From Cyanophora paradoxa CCMP329 (taxonomy: Eukaryota; Plantae; Glaucophyta), in NCBI GenBank assembly GCA_004431415.1, contig QPMI01000434.1:310001-374000 (forward strand): a stretch of 64,000 nt of DNA. The letters run 5' to 3'. A program made the translations under genes and the position numbers. Numbering within the stretch: position 1 is the stretch's first letter; each line of letters begins with the position of its first letter. The notes under the pieces are model-generated. The model searched no databases, had not been told where the DNA came from, and saw only the letters and a program-made list of their open reading frames with translations. Shown here piece after piece: positions 12,523 through 23,221 of this stretch.

Positions 12523-14563
12523 TCACTTGATGGTGAGCTTGCGATCACCGAACCCGAGCCTTGCCTGCGGGGCGCGTCGTGATCAGATCCACTGCAAATT
12601 AAATCCTACATACTACGAAAACGCAGGGAAAGAAAGGGCGCCGAGGTACCTTGTTCTCGTCGAAGAGCTTCGTGAGCGCCGCGACGTACTTCGCGTGCAG
12701 CTCGTTCACCTTCGCGCGATCCCGAACGTTCCTCGTCAGAAAAAAAAGAGGAGGGGGCGGGGGGGGGGGGGGGGGGCAGGGCGGCGAGAGAGGGGGAGGG
12801 AGGCGCGCCTGCGCATCGGTCGGGTGCTCGATTTTCTCCACGTGAAGCGGGGCCCCTGCGGAATGTCAGCGTGTGGAAGGGGGTGTGGTGTGTGTGTGTG
12901 TTGGGGGGGGGGGGGGGGGGGGGGGAAGAGGGAGGGGGCGCGGGGGGGCGGACCGATGACGAATGTGATTGGGCGGCTGTACGCAAGGAACGGCGCCCGC
13001 CCGTAGTACAGCGAGAGGAACGTCCTCCACCGCTTCACGAACCACACCTGTACCCCCGCTCGCTTCTCTCTCACCCCGCTTTCCCGGATCGGGATCCGGA
13101 GCTCACCTGAGCGCGGTAGACGGCCTTGTGCATGAAGCGGGGCCCGCGGTACTGGTGGAAGACGTCGACGAGGCCGAAGGAGTAGGCGGGTACGAGGTCG
13201 GCGCCCGTCTGGAGCGCCAGCCTCACGAACCCCTTCCGCGAGTGCAGCTCCAGGATCTCCTTCCCTGTACCCCACCCAACACATGGATGAACACTGTACC
13301 CAGCAGGGCGGGGCCGCGCGGAGTCGAACCGGGCTCGGCGTAGACGCCCTCGATCTCGCCCCCGGGGCTCAGGGCGATGCTCTTCCCTGAGTCGAGGGCC
13401 GCCTTGACCTGGTACCCCCGCCGCGCTCAGCCCCGCAGGGCGAGTGCCCGCGCCGAGCCCGCGACCCTGAGCGCACCGTCGAGCGGCCGGCGTCGATGTA
13501 CCCGTTCCAGAGGTGGACCTGCAAGCGAGAAGAAGGCTTAGGGGGGGTTGCAGATCGGGACGCGGGACGCAGGGCGGGCGGGCGGGCGGGGCGCGCCTCG
13601 CGGACGATCGGGATGCGGAAGAGAATGGAGGCGGCGAGACCGCGGAAGTCCACGCCTGCGCGGGCCGCCCGCCCGCTCGGACCGCGCGGACCCTAAGCTC
13701 GAGGGCGGCCACTTCGTGCGCACCTGGGAAGATGTCCTCCACATCCCACAGGAAGTAGCCTGCGGACAGCGCGCGGCACGGCGCAGCGTGGGCGGCGATC
13801 CGGCCCTGCTCTGCCCGCGCGCTGCGCACCGCCTGTTATCCAAATGACGCTGCGTGCGGGGAGGCTGTGCGGTCAGAAGGCGGGGCGAGCAGGCGGGGCG
13901 AGACGGCGGGCGGGCGGGGCGCGGACCCGTGCGGGTGGGCGGCCAGAATGTATTTGCGGTCGGGGCTCAGCTCGCTAAGCTTCTCCACCTTCATGGGATA
14001 GTAGTTCTTCGCCCACTTCCTGCGGACCGCGCTCGGCTCGGGGACGCACGCGCAGACAAACGAGCGCGTGGACCAGAACCGCCCGCCGTCGTAGTGCGAA
14101 AGCCGCGGCTGCCTTCCGTTGCGGTGATGCTTGGAGGTGAAGATGTAACCCAGGTAGGTCGCCAGCTGCGGGGCGCGCCGCGGCGCGGAGTGTGACTGCG
14201 GCGTCATCTGGTCTCGAGCAGGTACGCACCAGGGCGACGTAAATCGGCAGCGGAATTACAAAAAAGAGAGCTCCCGCAATAATTACGTTAGCGAGGGTGA
14301 CCCAGACCCCGCAGATGCTGCGAGCGGCGGATCAGCAAATCAGATCTGGATGTCGGCGCGGCGGGCGCACATGAAGATGCTGCACAGGGGAGGGTTCTGC
14401 GACCGCACGCAAATGTCGTTCGACGGCGGCGCATCGCGCTGGGGATATGGAGGAGGCGCACCAACAGCCTTCGCCACAACGGGTTGCGAGGCACAGCGGG
14501 AACCTTCGATACGCCCTTCGCCGCTTTTGCAGCGCCCGTGGCGGCGGGCGTCGAGCTCGCCAT
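12523..14563 (-). CDS. Diacylglycerol acyltransferase type 2 (DGAT2/MGAT family)
   Basis: YYP, HPHG, FRIPIVRE, PGG..E, RKGFVRLALQTGADLVPAYSFG, RPITFVIG motifs. Confidence 0.92.
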
Positions 14564-14811
14564 CGCGCGCCGCTGCAGCTGGGGGGAAGATTAAGTGGGG
14601 GGTACCGGTAGGGGAGTCCGCCGCGGCCGGCTGCGCTGCTGCTCCTAGATCTAGATCTGGCTTTCGAGCCTCGAAACTGCGCGCGCAAACACGCGCATGC
14701 ATATGCATCCGCGCGCATGCGCCTGCTCAAGCAAGCATAATTTAAGTGAGCACATTAGGTCAAGTTGATGCAGTTATGTACAAGATTCAAGACGGATGCA
14801 TCTCGAGAGGA

Positions 14812-16095
14812 TTAGCCCTCGAGAAGGTCGAACTCGATTGTTGGCACAATACATGCGATGAACTTGAGGAAAGTGAACCTGGGGAGGCACGGGAGATCGA
14901 TCAAGAGCGAATTCGAGGGAGAGAGGATAAAAGATGCCCAACGCACATGTACATATCCACGCGTATCTCTTTGCCCGATGCAGCGGCAATGTCTGCAAGA
15001 CGCTTCATGGCGGATGCATGCCTGCAGGGGTGGATGGAGGCGTGTGCGATGTCTGGAGCGAGCAACTGTAAGCAGAAATGCCCTTAGAAGCCAACGATCG
15101 CGCACTGGACATGTGAGGGTGGTTCTCGATGGTGACTGTCTTCTCGGCATGGTCCTGGCTCACGTCCTCGAAAAGCTGGCTCGGCTGCAGCGGCCGCCGT
15201 GCCTCATCGTAGCCTGATGCAGCGTCGCTCTTGATAAACAGCCGGGAGAATGAGCAAGAGTGCTCGGCGCACCGAACAAGTAGACGTGCGGGACCTGGTA
15301 GTACTTGTCATCTGACCGAGCTCGTCGCGATCGTCAGCAGTGGCTCGCGCAGGGCCTCCGCAGGCAGCGCGTACATGTAATCGAAACATCGTACGAGCGC
15401 GTCTTCAGAATGTTGTCGTCAACAGGCTCCGTCGCCGTGAGGACGGGACCCGAGGTCGTTGCGAGGTTCTGCCCGTCGAATTCCTGGGGCGCAAACCAGT
15501 CAGAAGCTGAGAGGGACGAGCTGACGTCTGCACCTCGATATCTGGCACATCCTCGTCGTCCTCTGCTGGCTCCCGAATGTGGGAAGTGAGGTCAATGACT
15601 GGGGCGGCTTCCGCGGGTGCGGCGGCGGCCGGCTCGGAGGGCGGAATGTCGGCTGCAGCTGCGCGGCGCAAATGCGCTCAGTGCTATCAATGTGCAAGAC
15701 CGCTGTCTGAACTTGCTTTGACTGGCTTCGCCCGCGTTGGTGTCGAGCCAAGCGTCTCCTTCGTCTCCAGCGGCAGCAAGTGCCTCGCCGACGACGTCCG
15801 CCAACGCGAGTGCCTCCTTCCGCCGCACTGACGGCGCTCCTTTGAGCAGCAGGAACTGCTTGTCCGGCGGAAGGTACGCCTTCGCATGCTCCTTCGATCC
15901 CCGACTCCACTGCCACTGCGGGCACTTCGCGCACAGGTTGTCGCACGCGAGCACGAATTCTTCCGCGGTCAACGTGCCTGTGGGGCGCAGGTCAACCGCT
16001 CATCTTAGAGCGTCCGCGGTCAACGTGCCTTTCTGTGCGTATTGGGACGTCGTGCTTGCCGGAAGGTACTCCGCGAGCTTCTTGAGCGCGTTCAT
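14812..16095 (-). CDS. ATG3: Autophagy E2-like enzyme ATG3
   Basis: [44 protein letters not shown], catalytic [24 protein letters not shown]. Confidence 0.95.
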
Positions 16096-16241
16096 TCCGC
16101 CGGGGCCGAACAGGCTCGCCTGAATGTGTTTTTTACCCTAGTTGCCTGTACCCCAAAAGACGAGCGCCGAAGCGCCGAAAGAAAGGGCGACAGCGATCTC
16201 TTTACCGAGCGCGGCCTTCAGGAGCGCCCGGTCAGCCTTCT

Positions 16242-16263
16242 TCACAGGCCGAGTTTGTTCAAT
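16242..16263 (+). promoter_or_regulatory. 22-nt motif TCACAGGCCGAGTTTGTTCAAT upstream of the prenyl-PP synthase ATG
   Basis: Exact reverse-complement copy at 41234-41255, upstream of the NPL4 ATG; function unknown. Confidence 0.5.
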
Positions 16264-16311
16264 CGCAGGAGCGCTCCCCCAGGCCCCCGAGCTCGAGGTA
16301 GCTGAGCAGCG

Positions 16312-17955
16312 ATGTTCAGCGTTCCGAGGATACGGCCTAGCAGCCGCACGTTCCTGCGCAAGGTGCTGCGAGGCCAGCTCGAGAATCGGACGGCCTCGAT
16401 TTTGCTGCCGGCCGCCGCTTCCGCGTTGGATGCCGGCAGCAGCGCTGGGCATCGCGAGAGGAGTGTGGTGCGCACCGTTGCGCGCCGGCGACCCGGGCGA
16501 GCGGCACGCGCTCAATCGCACGCAGTCGTCCGTGGCGGCCGCTGCAAAAGAAATCTTCGACGACCTGCGCCGCTCGGGTGCGAGAGGCTTCTGTCACGCT
16601 CATTGAGGTCTAGATTCGAAGACGCGCAGCTCCGCTTAAGCGCGTCGTGGAGGACGGGCAATCTCAAGCGACGCTGGTTGGCGGGCGGGACGATCCCTTC
16701 TCGCTCGTGCGGCGGGAGCTCGACAACTTAACGGAGCAGATTAAGCAGATTGTCGCATCTGATCACCCAGTGCTGTCTACAGTAGCTAGCTATTTCGTCA
16801 AGTTCTCTGGCAAGCGGATGCGGCCAGCCATCGTGCTCCTCCTCGCGAGAGCCACAAGCGCGGACGAGAAAATCACGGCCAGCCAGATGCAACTTGCTGG
16901 CATCTGCGAGACGATTCACATAGCGAGGTGAGCGTCGCTGTGCGCGTCCCTGAGTACCTTCGCGATCAAATTGATGGGCTTTCGTTCCAGCATCGTTCAC
17001 GATGATGTTCTTGACGAGGCTGAGGTAAAGCCTTGTTGCTCTGCACGATGTGTTCTGATTTGAATATGCGATGTGGCGGTTGCGCAGACAAGGCGTGGGT
17101 CTCCGTCTGCTAACAGGCATTTCGGCAACAAAACTGCTGTCTTGGCAGGGGACTTCCTGCTTGCACGTGCTAGTATCGCGTTGTCACGACTTCATAGCTT
17201 TGAAGTTATCGAGCTGCTGTCCACTGTTATCGAGCACTTGGTACAGGGCGAGATCATGCAGGTATGCCTTGCCTGCCCGGTGCAGCACAATTCTCTTGAA
17301 CTGAACTTTCGACTAGATGAAGGCACCCATGTCCAGCTCTTCACATACGTTCGACTACTATGTCGACAAAACCTACTACAAGACGGCATCTCTCATTGCC
17401 AGGAGTTGCCAAGCAGCAGCAATCCTCGGTGGTCACCCTGTCCATGTGCAGGAACTCTCGTACGATTTTGGAAAGCACTTGGGGCTTGCATATCAGGTCC
17501 ATCTACATGCTCATCTCTTGGCTTTCGCTGTGCTCCCGTCGAACGCTTTGCAGTTTATCGACGATCTATTGGACTTCACTGGGACGTCCAAGACGCTGGG
17601 CAAGCCAGCTCTCTCGGATCTGCGACAGGGCCTGGCGACAGCGCCAGTTCTCTATGCGCAAGAGGAATTTCCCGAGCTCACCCCCTTAATCCAGCGTCAA
17701 TTCAGGGAGCCAGGCGACGTCGAGCGGGTCAGTGCTGTTTTAATTTCATAGCCACTTTGTCATGTACTGAGCCATCTTTTGTGCATCAATCAGGCGACAG
17801 AGTTGGTTTACAAGTCGAAGGGCCTCGAGAGGACGAGGCAGCTGGCTGCTTTGCATTCCAGCCTCGCTTCCCAGGCCCTGGACTCCCTCCCGCCAACAGA
17901 ATCCCGCCTTGCCCTCCAAGCGTTGCTCGAGCGCATCCTTGTCCGAGACCGATAG
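16312..17955 (+). CDS. Trans-long-chain (solanesyl/decaprenyl) diphosphate synthase, COQ1/PDSS1-like
   Basis: GKRMRP, HDDVLD, RRG, GDFLLA, KTYYKTASL, QFIDDLLD, GKPALSDL; N-terminal presequence-like stretch. Confidence 0.93.
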
Positions 17956-17978
17956 TTATTCGCCATGCAGAATTGCAC

Positions 17979-18236
17979 TTTACGATCAGAATCAGATCTA
18001 GAGTTGCGATTACGATCAGAATCAGAGTTGCGATTACGATCAGAATCAGAGTTGCGCTCTCACCCTGGAGTCACCCAAACAGCGCGGGTACAGTTAAAGC
18101 GCTGTGGTAGGAGGTCCGGCGCGCCCGTAGCGTAAAAAGAGCATTGAGTCTGTAATGGAGTTCGCAACCCTCTCCAGAGTTGCGATTACGATCGGAATCA
18201 GAGTTGCGATTACGATCGGAATCAGAGTTGCGATTA
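17979..18236 (+). repeat. 24-bp tandem repeat GAGTTGCGATTACGATC(A/G)GAATCA on both sides of a family-A element
   Basis: About 3 units at 17979-18056 (A variant) and about 2.5 units at 18177-18236 (G variant). Confidence 0.9.
18056..18142 (+). repeat. Family-A element, copy 2 (near full length, small internal duplication)
   Basis: GCTCTCACCC..TCACCCAAACAGCGCGGGTACAGTTAAAGCGCTGTGGTAGGAGGTCCGGCGCGCCCGTAGCGTAAAAAGAGC compared with 61208-61284. Confidence 0.9.
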
Positions 18237-18732
18237 CAGGGGTTGCCTGCCGCCACGACGCCAGAAGGAATCGAGCGAGTGACCACACTTCCGGCTTCAA
18301 TCACTGTCCCATCGCCTATGGTAACGCCAGGACACACGATGGCGCCGCCTCCGATCCAGCAATCCGCTCCGATTGTGACGGGCCGGGCGAACTCGCGCCC
18401 GGTTCGTCGTTCGGCCGCACTTAGTGGGTGCGACGCCGTGTAGATCTGCACAGCGGGGCCGAGGAGGGCGTTGTCGCCGATCGATATCGTTACCGGCATC
18501 ACGTCAAGCACGACGCAGTTGAAGTGGAAGAAAACCCGACTGCCGAGGCGCACGTTTCTCCCGTAATCACAAAAGAAAGGCGGCTGAATCCAGACATCGC
18601 TAGGGGCGCCTAGCAGCTAGCGCTCGCCGAGAATACGACGGCGTTCCTCCTGCTCGCAATCGTCTTCGCCCGTAGCGTTGAGCCGTTTGAGCATCGCTCG
18701 CCCGCAAGCATCTTCTCCTTCTCGGTCTTCAT
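18237..18732 (-). pseudogene. Intronless bacterial-type maltose/galactoside O-acetyltransferase pseudogene
   Basis: MKTEKEKMLAGE, WIQPPFFCDYG, FNCVVLD, QIYTASHP, PVTIG..WIGGGAIVCPGVTIG, GNPC; frameshift, in-frame TAG, C-terminus replaced by tandem repeat. Confidence 0.85.
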
Positions 18733-19420
18733 ACGCGCGGGCGATCCAAGTGCGGGGTAAGAATCCGGCCGAAGACACGGGGCCTCGTTCGCCCTCGGTA
18801 TGTGTACCCCCGCAAAAGGTGGCTCTGTCGCACCGTCGCAGCGAGCCGCAGCGCCATGGGTTCGTCCCACCAGCTCGTATTGCTCGCTCTTCTTAGCTGA
18901 CAGTGACCGCCCGCAGGGTTCGAGGGCATGGCCATTGGTTCGCGTGCCGCGCGCTCCTTCAGGCTCGACTCGCAGCCTAACGCGTTTCACGGTCCAGGCA
19001 CTGCCATCTTCGTCATTCTCGGGTTCCTCGGCATCGCCAGTGCGTCTCGTTTCGCCCCCGGCGCACTCGTTCTTTCCCGACTCGCCGTCAGGCACGACAC
19101 TCGTCGAGAAGGAGCTGCGTGCGCTCGCGAAGACACTGGTCCTCACAGCGGCGATATGTATGTGGCTAATGTGAGTTGCAGCTAGCGCGCTCGCGCTGTC
19201 GCCCCCTAATGCAGCTGGCAGGTGGATCTGCACCTACATGGCCCAGATGAACCCCCTGGTTTGCCATCAGGCCAATCTACGCGTGCGCTCTGATGCAGCT
19301 CGCAGATGCTCCCGACGCGCCTCGCCGAGCATTCTTGATTTACAGTGGAGGAGTCCCGCACCCACTAGGAGTCCCGCACACACTAGCACCCACCCAATTA
19401 CATGCTAGATGTTAGTTCAA

Positions 19421-20510
19421 TTACAGAGACAGATTAGCGCTGCCTTGCCCTGGGTGCTTTCCGTAACTGATGACAAGGGGCCTCTCATGGAGCAGATACC
19501 CATGTGTGTCCTCCAAAGCCTGTGTTGCAATCTCTGTGCTCTTGAACGAGACGAAAGCCTGGCCTTTCATGCGGCCTTCTTTCATGAGCCGGATGTTAAA
19601 AGATCTGTGAGCACATGTGAGCACATCCGCTCAGTTTGTGAGGCCAGGCCAATCCAGTTGACGGATCTTACCCGTCACGATTATCGAAACGGGAAAATAA
19701 CGATTGCAACTCTTCTTCACTTGTGCGAGGGCTGAACGCAAGGGTGCTTGTGAGAAGCTTGGGGCGCGAAGGCAGCACAACATGCGCACGCAAGGTTCTT
19801 GATGTACAGGACCTTGCTGGGGGCACCAGCTGTGTATGACGAGAACTTGGGCATAGCCAGGATCGCTGTGCAGGAGCTCATTCAGCAGAATTTTACGATT
19901 TGAGAGGGAGGAACGAGGGGGCACCTCCCGCTGGCATCCTGTTCTTGATGACATCCTCTTTTGAAATTGACTGAACCCGTGCCTGAATTGCTGCACCTGC
20001 GGCAGCTGCGCCTGCACTCATCTCCGATATGCCTTGCTGTACTGCAGCTGCAGCTGCCTCGGCGCTGGTTCTCTGACGTTTGCTGGCCGGGAGTGGTATA
20101 ACTGGCCTTGCCCTTGCGATTGGTTGAGTGCCTGCCTCAAACTCCGACTCTGCCTCCGAGCCACTGTCCGTCGGAGTCTCCGTCTGCACACCAACTGAGG
20201 TGGACGCCGAGACCGCTGGCGCGGAAGCCGCGTCCCGCGGCGCCACCGGAGCTGCAGTCCCCTGCAGCCCGGACGGAAAGCCCGGCGGCATCGGTATTGG
20301 AGGCCCGAAGGGCGGCGGCAGGTTCATCCTGTTCATGAGATGCAAAACCTGCGTGTACCTGCGCGCCGACGCCTCGCTCAGCTAGCTGGAGCACTTCTGA
20401 GCGCGGGCCCGGCACACAGCTTCGGCACGCCGATGAGCGCCGCCATGATGTTATGCAGCGTCGACGGCGTCGGTTCAGGATACTTGTATACGAGGTTCGG
20501 GTTGCTAGCG
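19421..20510 (-). CDS. RNPC3: U11/U12 snRNP 65K protein (RNPC3/RBM40-like); 5' end unresolved
   Basis: YKYPEP..LHNIMAAL..VPK, YTQVLHLMNRMNLPPPFG, VLYIKNL, IRLMKEGRMKGQAFV..GYLL..RPLVISYGK. Confidence 0.85.
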
Positions 20511-20798
20511 CTGAGTGAGCACACACGCAGCGCCCGAAGCGGCGGCGCGCGCGAACCGGTCCATGCGGTTAACGTAGTTGCTCACAGCACGGTGGAGGCG
20601 CCGCGCCGCGGCTCCTTTGGAGCTCGGCGAGCTGTGCCCAATTCGCTCGGACGGCGAGCTGCGCCCAATTCGCTCGTCGTGAGCTATCTAGCTACGCGTC
20701 TTTCATGAACCGAACTACGTTCTGGAGCCGACGAGTCAAGCACAGAGGAGGAGGCGCAAAACGTGCCGCGTACCCCTGTTCGCCTACTCCCCCCTACG

Positions 20799-21379
20799 AT
20801 GGGTGCGTCCTCGCCCTCGCGTGTCTCGCTGGCCGGCCGTGCCGCGCTTCTAGACTCTGTTACCGTCGCTAGATGCCGCCGTTGGCGCGGGCCACCCTGC
20901 TTGCACTTCGACGACCTAACCCGCTGGCTGCGCCCGCCGCGCATGCACTGCCGAAGCTGACCGCGTGATCTCAGCAAGCGGACTCGGCGTCTGGGGCTTG
21001 GAAGGTGCGGCCCGTGCCGATCCACACTCGCTTCTTGGGTGGTCACCGGCTCGCGCAGGGCGCTGTTTCAAGGCGTGGAACGCTTTTGTCACATGTGTGG
21101 CTGATGCGGAGGACAAAGGGGAGTGCAGGAAGACGCTCGCTGACTACATGGAGTGCTTGCATCAGAAGAAGCTGGTACGTAATGCGACCGACCAGCTCGC
21201 TAATGCATATCTCCTAGCGTCGCGCTTCTGCAGCGGCCTTGATGCCAGGTTGCTCCGTGCTGACGTGCCATTCTTTCGATGCACAGAAGCAGGAGTTCCG
21301 GGAGAACTTTGAGAAGGCTTGGGAAGAGCACCAGGCCGCTAAGGGGGGCGCTTCCCACGGACACAAGGCGCACCATTAG
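20799..21379 (+). CDS. NDUFS5: Complex I 15-kDa subunit (NDUFS5-like), first coding exon of 4 nt
   Basis: Spliced product MASGLGVWGLEGRCFKAWNAFVTC...ECRKTLADYMECLH (twin CX9C). Confidence 0.85.
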
Positions 21380-21841
21380 TTACAGTTATCATTTCATAGA
21401 TAGGCTGCAGACCCTGCATAATTTGATTTCTCGTCTCGAGTTCTGCTGGATGCGTATGGTCGTAGGGAGACAGGCTGCACATGTCATGTCACGGACTCGT
21501 AGCTATAGGGCCCCGTCTGCTCAGCTCGAACGGCTAGACCTCCTCCCTCTCCTCCCTCGGAGCGCTAGCTCGAGGGCGGAGCTCGAATAGATGCCCATAT
21601 GCATGCTGTTGCCGCTGTTGGAACCAGGGGGCGAACAGGGAGTTGGACTGATCATGAAGACCTCCCCTCTAGTAGACAGGTTCACGGGAGATCTGAACGA
21701 TGGGCTGCCCGTTATATATAATTATCTGGGTGATACGAGCCAATGTCTAGATCTGCTGGTACATTGAAGGCTTTCTTTGATTGCGATTACAATTACAGAT
21801 GGTTGGGCAAAGCTAGGCCGGACGTCTTTGATTGCTAGGAG

Positions 21842-21963
21842 GCAGGGCCCGGCCGGCCAGCTCGCTGGTGGGCTGGGCCCGCGGCTGCGGCCCGGCGGCT
21901 GCCGCAGTGTACATTCCCACACTTGTAGCCCGGACTTGCGTTTTCAGTACGTGTCCAAATGCA
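21842..21963 (-). repeat. Family-B dispersed repeat, copy 1
   Basis: Reverse complement TGCATTTGGACACGTAC..CAAGTCCGGGCTACAAGTGTGGGAATGTACACTGCGGC..GCAGCCGCGGGCCCAGCCCACCAGC matches 27143-27276 and 42664-42745. Confidence 0.8.
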
Positions 21964-21992
21964 AGTAAGAGCAAGTCACGGAGTGCTGATTA

Positions 21993-22569
21993 CTACAGAG
22001 TTCTGTAGTAATCAGATATCTTCTCCAAGTTCACGAGGGCTCGTTCAATCGCGTTGTTGTACTCCTTCACCTTCTCCTTCAGCTGGTCCGCGGATAAGCC
22101 GCTTTCGCTTGTCAGGTCGCACGATGCCTGCTCCTGCTCGAGCTCGGGGATCTGTTTAGTGCGGAGGGCGTCGGGAATGGAGGTCAGGGTCTGTGGCGAC
22201 GCCGCCTTGGGGAAGACCTGCCGGGCGCAGGGTTCGGCGAAACGTTAACAGGGAGACTGGAAGGAGACATACAAGATAGTGCTGGAAAATCGAGTTGATG
22301 TCATCGGAGAGTTTGTTGCCTGCGGCGTGCGTCAACGAGCCGCAGAGAGCCGCAGCGCCGAACGCGTACACTGTGTAGCGAGCGTGGCAAATCGCCCAAG
22401 GTACGCCTCGGGGGGCTCGCCGCGCCCGAAGTCGAACTTGCAGATCGCAGAGTGCAGGCTCGCCGCTTCCGAGTGCAGGCGCTGCAGCCCCTGCTGGAAC
22501 TAAAGAGTACGTAAGCGACATGCGCATGAACGCCCGGCGAGCGGTATGCGCAGGGCGACAGACCTGCAT
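21993..22569 (-). CDS. MED8: Mediator subunit MED8-like
   Basis: Spliced product MQFQQGLQRLHSEAASLHSAI...YLGRFATLATQCNKLSDDINSIFQHYLVFP...IPDALRTKQIPELE. Confidence 0.7.
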
Positions 22570-22795
22570 AAGGCGCTAGCCCCCGGCGAGGGGAAGGCCA
22601 GGAGATCGAGAGCGCGCGGCGAAGCGTAGGTGCTTCTAGAGCGCTCGTCACGCCAGGCAGCAGGGGCTTTTGGAATGTTGCAGTCGTGCAGCCGTACCCG
22701 GGACAGCGACTTGCGTAGGGCTATGCCTTGCAAGGGTAGCCCTTGCGGTCAAGGCCACTTTTTGGGCGGTCAAGGGTGCCTTGAGGGCCCCTTAA

Positions 22796-23023
22796 GGGTT
22801 CGCCATACAAAAAATTTGTATGGGAGAGCATGTGCACCGGTACTCCATGACCCCCCTACGCAGACCAGATTGGTGGAAAACAGCTTAGTTTTGACCAATA
22901 AACGTTGTCTAGATTGAGTGCAAGGTAGTAGATCATGTATCTGATCGAGTTTATAGCTCTGAGTTGAGTTGCTCTCGAGCTCGCTTCACGTTTTGTATGG
23001 CGCATTTTTTGTATGGGGAACCC
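22796..23023. mobile_element. 228-bp MITE with 20-bp TIRs and TTAA flanks
   Basis: TTAA|GGGTTCGCCATACAAAAAAT ... ATTTTTTGTATGGGGAACCC|TTAA; subterminal TTTGTATGG repeats. Confidence 0.8.
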
Positions 23024-23221
23024 TTAAGGGCCCTTATTCAAGGGCGACCTCCGGTCAAGGGTACCTTGTCAAGGACGACCAAACCCTCAAGGCGTACCCC
23101 TAGACTTGCGGCCACTTGCCACACAGACGCCGCCAGCTGCAGCGGGCAGTGCACGCGCGCAGAGTGATGAGAATAGACTGAGCCGCATGCAGCGCGCCTC
23201 CCAGCTTCGGATCGAAAGTGC

